Part shown: positions 35,831-47,700 of the stretch, piece by piece
Numbering within the stretch: position 1 is the first letter of the stretch
How the letters are laid out: each line of letters opens with the position of its first letter
Assembly: GCA_028534125.1 (NCBI GenBank)
Contig: CM052819.1
Location: 106,144,001 to 106,208,000 of the forward strand
Origin: Lama glama
Taxonomy: Eukaryota
Length of the DNA stretch: 64,000 nt
Reading direction: 5' to 3'
Made by a program: the position numbers and the translations under genes
The notes under the pieces: generated by a model
Seen by the model: only the letters and a program-made list of their open reading frames with translations
Told to the model about the DNA's origin: nothing
Databases searched by the model: none

Positions 35831-38639
35831 TTTTTTAGGCAGCTAATAATTCCACAGAAGCTCCCTTTGTGTTCCCACCCTCTGCCCTAAGTATGGAACA
35901 TCCTGACTTTTGTGTTATTTGTGCCCTGGGCTCTCTTTGTAGATGCGTCCCCTCTGTTTGTCACCCTGAGTGGTGTACCTTGGGGTTTTGCCAGCACGAA
36001 TGTTGCTCAGCAGGAAGGGGGTCAGATTGCCAGCGAGGGCTCCTAGGCGAGGACGGGTCCTAGTGACTGTGGATTTCCAGGGACTTCGCCTACGGGGTCC
36101 CTCCAAGCAGTGACTTCGCCAAGTCACACAGGTTTACACATTTTTCCAAAGTGAGATCTTTAATTCCATTAGTTGGGACCGCCGGTTCCTTCCACACGCT
36201 TCCCCCGCAGCCCCGTCTCTGTCTCCGGAGCTGGGAAGCCTTGGATGGCCTTGGGCATCTTTGCCAACCCGCCCAGAGGAAGCGGCACTGGGGACGCGCT
36301 AGTGCGGCTTTGACGGGTAAGTGTAGTGGGAATGGTCGCTTCTGTGAGGAGTGAAGTGCCTCCAGTGTTGGAAGCCCGGATTCTGGAGTTGTGCTGTGCA
36401 GCTGGGGTGGAAAGGAGCAGGGCCAGAGGAGGGGGCGGTTGTCCCCTCGCCCTTTGACCTCGGGACCCTAGAGAGAAGAGAGAGGGTGCAGTGGAGGCAC
36501 AGCTGGGCCAGGGCGGGGACCACCTGACTGCGGCTTGGAGACCAAGGGAGCGTGGGGGTCAGGCTGGGAGTGGAGGTTCTCTAAGGGCTGTGGCAGGAGA
36601 CTCCCGACCTGCTTGCCAGCAGTGAGGTCCAGGGGGGCGTGTCGCCAAGTCGGACAGAGGGCAGGGGGTGCTGTGAGGAGCTGGAGGCGGAGAAAGTGTC
36701 TGAAGTGACAGGCGGGGGCTTCGGAGAGCGGGGACCCTGCCTGGCAGCCGTGGGTGCAGATGCCTGGCCCCGCACACGCTCCCGCGGCCTTTCTGGAGTG
36801 GCTGCCGGCCGCACGAGGGGTCTCGGCTCCTGTGGCCTTGCTGCGGTCTGCACTTTTCCCCGGCAGGAGCTAGGCCCAGCCCAGGAGCACAGGTCCCGTG
36901 TCAGTCGGGCGAGCTGAGAGTTGAGTGGGAGAAAGCCACCACCTGGCTCAGCGTGGAGGGGCGGCGGCGCTGCCAGCTTGTCGGGCGGCCTCTTTGGCGA
37001 TTTTCCTGCTGCGCTCTAGATGCATCAGCGAGCCTTTGCGTTTTCAGTTTCTGACTGTGTCATTGGTGATGTTTTAGGGGAACATTCGGTTGCAGGTTGG
37101 CCTTTTAAGTGTGACGACAGAGGTAGAAGGCCTGGCTTCTCTGTTTTCTCCAGACGCCCTGGCTGCTCGCCCGTCTGCTCCCTCGAAGCCTCAAGCTGCT
37201 CAGATCACACTTAGCTGAATGTATTCTAAGCGAGCTCACTCGTGAGGGCTCACCCTCAGGAAATACTGGATTATTCTGAACACTGTGCAGGGAGGAGCAT
37301 CCTAACATTGTGCTGTTTCTAGGCTCCCTGTTAAGCTTCAGGAAACCATGTGTCAGTGGGCGTGTCTGCAGAGCGGGGCTGCTCCCGAGAGCGTGTCGGG
37401 CGTGTGGGAAGGCAAGGGGCTGACTCGAGAACGGGAGCCGAGTCTCGGGGCTGAGGTGCGCCGCCGCCCGGCTCCCTGGGCCTGCCGCGTGCGCGCTCTC
37501 TAGCTCGCCTGCGTCTAGGAGTTCAGTCTTAGTGTTAGTCTGTTTGGCAGCTGGCACTGCTGCCTCTGGTCTGTGGAGCAGGTGCGGAAGCCTAGGAACA
37601 TTCTGGAGCTTCCTCCGGGGAAGCAGCTTCCTTGATGCCATTTGGTGTTTTAAGACTTTTTGCTTCTCAGCTGGTGGACAGAGTTGTTCTTAGAGTCTCA
37701 AGTGTTATCAGTAGAATTTCAAGCTTTCAAAACCGGCTACTTTTTTTCTGTTTAGCAGCAGTGTTAATTCCTTTCTTTGTCTGTCTTGCAGTTGAAACCT
37801 GTGAAAACTGGCCTATTGAATTCCTTGGGAGGTTTTACAGGCCTCCTCCTCCTCTTGGCCGTGACGCCTGCTGAGGCGGAAGCCCTTCTGTGGCAGGTGA
37901 CAAAGCGCGCCGTGTCCAGGTGGGGCGTCCCGGTTCAGGCACAGCCTGGGCACGTGTGTGAGCTCCACGTGCAGCCTGCCAGTTAGCTCGTCCCTGCCAG
38001 TCTTGTCGTGATCATTTCTCTGCAGCCACCTGACGGCGTGAACTGGAGGCAGAGGGGTGCGCGGACCTGACTGCTGTGTCCCCTGGACAGGTCTCTCCGA
38101 TGTGGTCCCCCAGACCCAAGGCAGTGCTGGTGAGGCCACAGGCCCGCGGTGTGCTTGCTGCCCCTTGGGAATTGGTCAGAACAACACGTTAATACAAAAT
38201 GAATTTTCCCAGCAACATAAGAAGTTTAGCCTACTTCACGTTTGCAGACCATGTTAGCGTTGCCAGCAGGGTGAAGGGGGTCACGTGCGAGTGGAGGCCA
38301 TGCGTGCGGCTGAACGTGCCATCGGTAAGAGCCATGACTGTCGGAGTACTCTAGTAATGAAACGTGTTTTCTGTTTATTTCAGACGCTAATAAAAAGTAA
38401 CATTTAGAAATCAAAAAATCTCTCTTTTAGGGTCCACAAATGTCCCAGATGGAAGTTTTTCATAAAGAAAAACAAAAGTCTTATCAAAGGCTTATGCAGG
38501 AGCCAGAAAAGCAAAGAAGACTTTATTGAAAATGAACCGTTGGTGCTAATTTGTCCTTCCCCCGCCACCCGTCCTCCCACAGAGGAGTAGGCGCTGGCCG
38601 GCGGGCAGAGGGAGAGCAGGAGCCGGAAGCTGCACAAAA

Positions 38640-39850
38640 CCCATGCGCAGTTTAATTTAAAATTGCAAAGTTCTGATTCGCTAGGCTAAGAAAGGAACAA
38701 GAAAACACAGAAACATGGAGTTTGGGATAGAGGAAGTAACCCCCCCCCCATTTGCAGCTCCCCCAGAAAACCCCGGGCAGCCTGGCCCGCCGAGCTCTCT
38801 GTGGGGGCGGGAGCTGGCCCTGTGCTGTCCGTGCAGAGGCTGCCGTGCGGGAGCGTGCAGCCCAGAGAGTCAGTGGCGAAAACAGTGCAGCTCACAGAAG
38901 CATTTGCCACGGTAGTGGATGTGCAAAGTTAACGTGCAAACATCACTGATAACTTTCATGTGCACAAAGTTAACCAATTAGAGAAGACAGCCCTTTACAA
39001 TAGCAAAATAAAGTACTTAGGAATAAATGTAGGAAGAATTGTCCCAAACCTGAGTGCGGAAAATCCCAGAAATTCTTGAGAAAGACGCAGCAGTGCCTTG
39101 AGCAGACGGAAAGACGTGCCTTATCCTTGGTTTGGCTGTCGCAGCATCACTGAGATGGATGTTCTAACCGAATCTGCAAACAATGTGATTTCAATAAAAA
39201 TACAGACTCGAGTCATTTTTCCCTTTGGACTGGACATGTTGATTCTACAATTGGCAGAAAATCAAGCATGCGTGAACACCTAGAAAACGGGAGAAGGGCT
39301 AGGGAAAGCAGACAGCCCCCCGGACGTTCACACACCGCGATGCCCTCCGAGCCAGACAAGGTGGTGACGGTGCTCACAGACCAGACAGAAGGGGCCCAGG
39401 ACCCGGACACTGGCCCAAGTGCAGACAGAGGTCTGGTGTGTGATGACAGCGGTCTCTCAAGCGCTGGGTCAAGACGGACTTTTTAATAAGTGGTCTGGGG
39501 ACAACTGGACACCTTTTTGTGAAAGACAACATTAGAGTTATGCCTTAGACCACATACCAGAAGACCACGTAAGCTCCAAATGGATAAGAGCTAAATGTGA
39601 ACATGAAACTGTTCGAGCGTCAGAAACATACGTCCACATCACCTGCGTGTTGGGAAAGGCTCTTAAAATTGTAACTCGGGATTCAGTGTCAACAGAAGGA
39701 AAGGTGCGGAGTGTGATTACGCTAAATACTGCGATACTGGAAAATGGCCTGGCCCAAACCAACCAATGACAACAAAAACACAACAAGAAAGTTAGAAGAC
39801 AGAAGAATCAAGTGTGATTCACAACATGTTAATGTTTAAAAACCGTGGGA
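38640..39850 (+). mobile_element. Ancient L1M ORF2 relic
   Basis: Decayed EEV..F.AD..ENP-like segment (38725-38775), KIKYLGIN (aaaataaagtacttaggaataaat, ~39005) and LFNKW..DNW (ttttaataagtggtctggggacaactgg, ~39480). Confidence 0.75.
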
Positions 39851-41384
39851 AGAAAAAGATCAGCACCCCGCAGAACAGGCAGAGCGCAGGAACAGACGGG
39901 GCGCGTGCACACACGTTACGGCGGGCCCTCAGCTGCGCCCAGGTGCCATTTCTCACACGGCCGGTTGGCAAAACTCCCAGAGCCCTTGGGAAAGCAGTCA
40001 CTGACGCACACGCTCAGTCGGAAGTGACTCCGTGTGCGGCCGCGGTGGCCGGGCCTCTCCAGCCCGGGGAGAGCGCTTGTGGCGGCGGTTGGTCCCCGAG
40101 TTGACCACGCGGGCTCTGTGCTGGAAGCCACGGCAGCGCTGCCCCAGGTTCTTGGTTCGTAGGTGCTGACCACGTGGAGTCCGTGGGCACTGGGCCCCTG
40201 GGTCACGAACTGCTGAGGCCCTTGGAGCCCCTCGCTGGCCCTGTGGACGGCCCCAGGCTGTTTCTCCGCCCGCCACGCCCACCGCCTGGTCCCCACAGCA
40301 GTCGGGACTCTCGTGAAGGCTACGAGTTTCTGCCCTGCTGCGGATTTCATCCTCTCTCTGGCTGTAAGGTGTCCCAGGTCAGAACCTCGGCTGGGGCTGT
40401 GCTGGAACCTTCTGCCCTGAACCACAGGCCTGGGCCTCCAGCCGCCATCTCATGACAGACACCCTCTGCTGACAGAGGACTTCGTTCTCTGCTCCCTGGT
40501 TCTTGTTAAAGGCCGAACTGTTTTGATTGAAAAACTAATTTCATGTTCCGAATGTGGACCTAAAAGCACATGGCCTTCTCACACGGAGTAGACGGTCCTG
40601 CGGCATCTGATGAAACAGAAGGAGCCTTGGTGCTGCTCCCGGTCCTCCTGTGCTCAGGGAGCGGGGAGGGGGTCCAGGGCCAGGCCCCTTTCAGGCCAGG
40701 AGCTGCACGCTTGCTCCACGCTTGGTGGCAGGAGGGCCCGTGTCAGTCCTGCCAGTGGCCTGTGGACCCGAGGCCTGCTTCTCACTGTGGGTACAGCTCA
40801 GCCTCGGGCAGGTTTCAGCTGCGGGCCAGCAGCCACCCTGCCCTGCACAGTGGACACGGCTGGATGGTCAGCGATCGGGAGAGAGTGACTGTGCCCGCAC
40901 GTGCAGGGACCTCGTGCTCTGCTGGTTCTCATGCGGCCGGAGGCTTGCTCGCTTTGGCTTCTAGGCTCCCATCCCCCCCCCCAGTACGGAGCGCTCAGCC
41001 CCCTTTCCTGACCGCATGAGCCCCTCCCCTGCTGGTCACCGCCCACCCTGCAGGATGAGAGGGAACCTGTGATTTGGGCAGATTAGGGGCCTGGCGGCAC
41101 CCCCACCCTCCTCCCTCTCCTTCTCGCCCCCTGCGGGGAGCCCCCATCCTTTAGAGGCTCGAAGGTGGGTTAGAAGCACCAGGCCATCGTCTGCCATCTT
41201 CCCGCTCTGTGCAGGGCCTTCAAGCTTCCTTTAATTTGGGGGACTGCCTGGAGATTGAAGAGGGAGGCCTCACGAAGTGGCCCTGCTGAGAGGCTGTTCC
41301 CGGACCCTCACTACTGCCGCCACCAACACCACAACCACCTCTAACTGGCTTTAGGAGTTAAAGCCACATGTAAAGCATTGAAGT

Positions 41385-41465
41385 GGTGCCACTAGCCACA
41401 CGTGGCTGTTACATTTAAATTGAATGGAAGTAAAAGCTGGTTTGCTCTGCTGCCCTGGGCACTGG
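41385..41465. mobile_element. MER33/MER3-like hAT-Charlie fragment
   Basis: gccactagccacacgtggctgttacatttaaattgaat. Confidence 0.5.
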
Positions 41466-41703
41466 CTGTGGAGGGTGGCCGAGGGGGGAGGCTGAGTCCA
41501 GATGGAGTGGGCGGTGTGGGGGGAGGGCCCGACTCCTGCCTCTCCTGTGTGTGGCACTGCCCCTCACCTCTACCTTCTGCTGTAAGAGACATGTGATTCG
41601 TTGTATGAAATTCAGACAGTAGAGACGAGAGAAAACACAAAAGCCATCTCACTGCTCAGAGGTGATGTCTGTGACCCTGGGGCGGCGTGATCACTGGGCA
41701 TCC

Positions 41704-41746
41704 GTGCACACACACACACATGCACGCACACGTGCATACACGTGCG
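41704..41746. repeat. (CA)n/(RY)n microsatellite
   Basis: gtgcacacacacacacatgcacgcacacgtgcatacacgtgcg. Confidence 0.75.
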
Positions 41747-44700
41747 CCGGGCATGCAGGACGCCACCAGTGCCCAGGTGCCCCCCCACCCCAGCACGTTC
41801 TACCCGTCACCCGGTTCCCGGCCCCACGGCCGTGGGCCCTCCTGCTGCTGCTGTTCTCTTGTTTCCTGATGAGAGTCCCGACTGCTGCCCGCAGGGCACA
41901 GCTCTGGCTGCGGAGCGGGGGCCCGGGTGCCTGTGTTCACGGCTGCACAGCCGCCACCGTGTGTGCGTGTGTCCGTGCACGTCCGTGTGCGCTCACACGG
42001 GAGGATGGCGGCCCCCTGACTCGTGCGTCATAAGTGGTTTTCTCGAGGTGGGGTGTCCGTGCTTGCTTACCCCCTCCGCTGTGGGTCTGTGTTTCTCCGC
42101 AGCACCCTTGCCGCCTGGCCTGGCCTGGCCGCGCTGGGCCCCTCTGGCCTGCAGAGGGCGCCCCGCTGCCAGAGAGTGAACCGGTGGCCGCAGTGGTTCG
42201 GCCGGCGGTGCACTTTCTGGTTGTCCCCAGGCTTCCACGCAGACCGGTGTGTTACTCTCGTCTTAGCGTGCTGTGGGCTGCGCGTGTAGAAGAGCCAGCT
42301 CAAGCTGATGTTAAGCAAAACCAGTTCATTGACTCCTGAGGCCTCCCGTGCGGCCCTGCGGCAGGCCGCTGCACGCGTGCGGCTGCTTGTCGGGATGCGG
42401 TTCGCGCCGCACGGCGGGGACAGACGTGAGTGTGCAGGCTGAGTGGAGGTCGGGGGGTGGCTGTGCCAGGCGCTCAGCAGTCACGATGCAGCTGGAGTCA
42501 GATGTGAGCGAGTATTTATACCCTCAGCCCTTTCTCCAAAAAGCTCAGACCTCCTATTTCTAACTCTAGCTTTCTGCTCTATTAGCGAGACCGGGGGAGG
42601 GGAAGCTCAGATTAGTCAGTTTGCTTTGCATTTATTTTTACTTGGCCTTTTCACTTCCAGATTTTGAGAAGAAAATGTGAGATTCTTTTCTCTGCATAAT
42701 TTTCTGCTGTGACGAGAAGCTACTTTCAGCTGCAGACTCTGAAAGCGGTGGAATTAACCTCGGGGTGGCTTGTTCACATTTTCCATTCATGAAACAAACT
42801 TTAACATGTTAATCTGTTTACTCTGTGCGATGATTATTCATTCCTTTTCCAGTAACTTGGAAAACCGTATGGATGTACCCCAAGCAGTGGGGTGTCTTCC
42901 AGGCAGTCCAGCAGGTGTCAGGACTCAGGGACACGGGGTGGCCGCCCCGGGGACCCTCCTGGTGGAGGATGACACGTGAGGGCAGAGAATTTGTTCACTA
43001 CTTGGTCTTATTTTTTTCTTCAGGAATCAAACTAAGTATTTGTCCCTGACAGGAGTCTATTTTGTTCCCTAAAGACCGAACTGCTCACCTTCAGCAGTTT
43101 GAGGAGTGGCCCTAAGGTGTGTCGGTGTGTGCCCTGCCCTCCGAGGCGCTCCTCGCCAGGCAGCTGCTGCGTTTATCTCGCCTGGGATGTTTCTAGTGAC
43201 AGTTGCCGTCGGGATTCGTTGTATTTTGAATAGGGAATGAATTTTTGGCCATTATTAAAAAGGTAATAAGCAAACACATTAAACCGCATCTCACGGCAGG
43301 TGTGAGGGAAACAGATTCCTGTTCTGCGCCGAAAAAGCGAGCCTTGCGCCCCTTCCAGCTGGTGTCCTCCTGGGAGACACTTGCGGCGCTGGCCGTGCTC
43401 TGCGCGCCCCCCCAGCGTTTCCGCCTCCCGCAGCCTGTTGTGCAGCCATGGTCGGACGTCTCCTCGGGAGCCCCGTGCTCTTCCAGCCCATCGGCAGGGA
43501 CCTTTAGGACAATTAGTGTTTTCCTGTTGTTCAGCAGCGCCGCACACACAGGAAGGTGCAGAGAACGTGAGCAAGCAGCTCGTTGCCGCCCCGGGGCCTG
43601 TCCCCTGAGCGTGGGACCTGCAGCTCCGGGCCGTGGGCTGCTTCGTTGCATGTAGATGTCGTCAAGGCACGCGTCCGTGTCTCTTTTCTTCTGTTGGATG
43701 CCGTCTCTGCGAGGCCTCCGGGGTGCAGGAGTTTATTTCATTGCTGTGTGTAAGTCCCACAGTTAGACTGCCTGTCACTCTGCTGACGGTGGACGCGCAG
43801 CGTTTAGGGCAGCTGTGAGCAGAACTGCTGTCTGTTTTGTGGGAGCCACGCAGGCTCCCCTGCCCGGACGTGCCGGCCCCCGGGCGCCTCTCTCGCCGCC
43901 TGGCCTTGACTGCCTTCGTGTTCTGTGAGTCCGAGTCGTGGTGGGTGCGCAGGGGTGTTTCTCCTCAGTCCTGACCCTCACCCTCCCACGCCTGGGTGGG
44001 GGGCGGGGCTGGAGCTCTTGTTTCCGTGGAGACTGGCGTCCTCTCCCACGTGCCCGGGAGGCGTGGGCTGGGGGGCAGCGCTCGGACACAGAGCATGTCA
44101 CACCTTCCTCTTTTCCTTAAAAAAATACATAGAAAACTTTTTTCCCGTGTAATTTGTAGAAATTGGTTCATCATTTTTGAGTTCTGTCTTGGGTGTTCTT
44201 TCTGAAGTTGCCTGTTTTATGAAGTTTTTAAAGTCTCTGTGCAGTCCCCCAACCCGCCCCACTCCCCTGGGACCTGGGACTGTGGGCCGAGGGCCCCCCC
44301 CGGTCCTCCCTGTGCAGGGCCGCTAGCGGGAATGCGGGGCGAGGGGCACGGGGCACCCGCCTTCCTTGTGGCCCATCTGCCTGGTGGGAGGTGGGCAGGT
44401 GGGCGGCTGGCCTGCAGCCTCTGCAGACGCCTTCTCTCACCTCCGGTTTGGGGACGCGGCCCTGTGTTAAAGCAGGGGCTGTGCAGTTTCCTGCTTGAAC
44501 GGGGACACTGGAGGGCGAGGGGCCTGCAGTGAGTCATCCCCCAAAGATGGCATGTGAGCTGGATGTCCCCGGCAGATTGGGCCACGACCTCAGGGGCCGA
44601 GGGGGTCACGTGGAGGATGAAGGATGAACTGTGAGGGGCCCCGATATCGCCGGGGCCCCGGCGCAGACGGGGTCCTCCCGGGCCGTGGGAGGACCGCTGG

Positions 44701-47700
44701 GGTCGGAGGCACGGTGCCTAGTGCGCGCGTCACCGTCCTGTTCGCGTCGCTCGTCTGTGGCAGGGCTCTGCTTGCCTTGCTGCCTCCCCGGGGCTGTTTC
44801 GGGGAATAAAATGCGATAATAAAATTTTAGAATATTTTGTAAAATATTAATTAGTTACCTTGCCCTCAACTCTCCTCGTCTGTTTTTTAGCGGGCACTGA
44901 AAGGAACCGGGGCGGGGCTGGGGGGACAACTGCCTGCTCCGCTCTGCCGGGGCGGGGGTGGGGGCCCCTGGAGAGGCCCTGAGACAGGCAGAGGGTCCTG
45001 CTGGAGGCACACCTGAATAGCTCCTTGCGGCTGACCCGCTCGTGTCCCGGGGACCCCTTCCCTGACAAGTGCAGGGGTCAGTTTAGCTGGGCTACTTTAT
45101 AAACTTCTCACACATTCGAACTGGAAGTCACGGTTGGCTTTTACTTTCGTACGCAGTCTAATGATTAATCATACGTACATATCATACGCATGAAGGTTAA
45201 CATTTAGTTAAAAGTACCTTTAAACACCTGCTGAAGCACCAGCATTCTTTTGTACGTTGAGGAAGACCACGTGGCCTGCCAGGGCTGTGGTGCCGAGCCG
45301 CCTTTTAGGGAGCACGAGGGCTGGTGGGCGCGTCCTGCGTGTCAACCGGTGGGCCCCGAGCCCAACACAGAACGATCACCGAGCGCGTTGTCAGGCAGTG
45401 GCTTGGGCCTGGGAGTGCTTGGAGGTTTTCTTGGTTCCCACGCTTGAAAGGCATCCAGCCCTGAGAGGCGCCCAGCTAGAACACGAGCAGGCACGCCCGG
45501 TGGTGCACGGGCCACCCCTTGCATGGCCGCCCCACGGCAGCCGTGGGGACCCACGTGACACTCTCTTCCTCTAGACCCCAGGCGACCCCAGGCTGCGTCT
45601 CAGGGCAGGCTCGCTTCTTCACAGGGGCTCTGGGATGAGGCCTTCTGCCTTCGTGGGGGCGCAGGGATCTGGGTGGTGGGAGGGCTTTGCAATTGCAGGG
45701 CCTTCACGGAGGAGGTGGGACTTGAGCCAAACACTCTTTTAAAGTTGGTACCGAATCACACGTTACAGATCTTCAACATCACTTAATTTTTCTTGATTAA
45801 AAGTGTATCTGGTTCTCGCCGGCCCAGTAGCCTGCTCATTGAAGTGGTGGCTGCCCCCCGCCCTGTCCGCAGCCAGCGTTCCGGGAGCACTTCTCCACCC
45901 CGGATTGTTTGCCTGTGGGTTCTTTGCCTGGGTTGTTTTATCCTGTCCTTGCTGCAGCCCTGACCCAGGCTTCTAGGAGGAAAGCTAGGGCCCCGAGGCC
46001 AGGGAGCTGGATGCTCAAGCAGGCACGCCTCCACCTCCATTCTGAGTCCGAGCCGGCGGGTCCTCCTGGCCCGGGCGGAGGCTCCGGGCTGGCTCTCTGG
46101 GGAGGGTCCGCGAGCTTGCCCTCAGAGCGGCCGCAGCAGCAAAGCAGGACGGCCTCTGGGGAGTTCACTTCTTCGGCCGCGAGGGCCCGGGCAGGAGCGT
46201 GGCGACCTGCCAACAAGCAGCGCTCTGAGCTGAGTTCTCTGCCTGCGTCCCAGACACACAGAGCGGCGTGGTTTGGTTATCTGGTCTCATCTGTTGGTGG
46301 TCAGGGAGGCAGTCCGCTCAAGTCCTCTGGCCAGCTGTTGGCCCGGCGTGAGTGATGGGGGGCCGTGAGCAGGTGACAGCCGTGCCTCACTGGTGTCCTC
46401 GCTGGAGGTCACAGTGGGCGGCTGGCGCTCTGTGCGCCGCCCCAGCCCCGCTGGCATTCGGGTGCTGACTTCCTGTGCGTGAACACCAGCCCCCGTCCTG
46501 GGTCCCTGGGGTTTGAACTTCACGTGTTTACTCCCGAGGTGTAATAGCTGAGACATCTTTTTTAATTTGTGTCAGTTAGCCCGAGGTTTTCTGCAGAAGT
46601 CGTGGCCTTGTCTGCTTTGCTCCGTGAAGCGGGCGTGGCATGTTTGCGCCTGAAGTCCTGCATGTGTCCTGCTACCTAACACTCAGCGTCGCGGGACTGA
46701 GCCCGGGGGCCGCGACCTCGTCCGGGGCGGCCCGTGCCTCACCTGGAGTCCAGGCGCGGACGCCCGTCAGCTTGAGCACTCAGGGCGTGACTTGTCCTTT
46801 AAGGAAATTTGTTGTTTCCTGCGAGGCTGAAAGCTGCAGAGATGGGCGTCTGTTACCGGGATGACTGCCTTTGTCGCCTCCCTGCGTGAGGACAGCGTGC
46901 CGTGCTTTCACCCTCCGCAAGGGGCGGGCGCCGGGCGCCGGGAGGGCGGCCAGGGATGTCCGCCCACGCCCCTCGGTGTCCCCAGGACAGAGTTCTCGGG
47001 TTGAGCACGGGAACAGCTGCCTGTCTGAGCCCGCTCTGCCTCACAAACAGGATCGGTCTGGGAGCTGGCTTCGTCCGGGGAGCGGGGCGGGCCGGACCTT
47101 TGCCTCCCCTGCCGTCTGTGAAGAACACTTCTTGCATTTCTGAGTGTCTTTCAAATAAGATTGTACGTTTTCTTCAAAACCACAGTGTGCTCATCGTGGG
47201 CCGTGTGTGCTTTGCAGAGACGCAGCGCCGGGAGAAAGGAGGCCGGCGGCCCCGCAGCCGGGTGGCGGCTGTTGGAGACACTCCGTATGTTTCCTGAGTC
47301 TTCTCACACGTGCATGTGCTTTATTTTTTCCCTAAACGTAGCTGATAGGCTGCTGTTTATGTGTATCTGCAGGCCCCTGAGGTCTCTGGAACAAGATGTG
47401 GTCAAATTAACAACAGCAACTGGGGAAGTGGTTTGTATTTTGATTTTCACCGTGTGATGACACTCGGCAAAGACTCCAGTGACGCTGTTTTCTGTCCACA
47501 CTCTGACGATGCCGCGACAGCAGGCAGCACGGCTGCGCCTCTTGGGTCTCTTCCTCCAGGACGGAGGACTCAGGAGGCGGAGGGGCTCCCGTGCGGCCCT
47601 GGTCCCAGCCGCAGTCTCCAGGGGGCGGGCGGCCCGCCGCCCTTTTGCGTTCCCAGGGAGGCCGTCCCCCGACGCCCGGCGCCCCTTGCAGGCGGGCGAC

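Noticed and set aside
38430-38560. Purine-rich exon-like stretch after ctctcttttAG
   Set aside because: Short frames, no good donor, no recognisable protein, and adjacent to an A-rich L1 relic.
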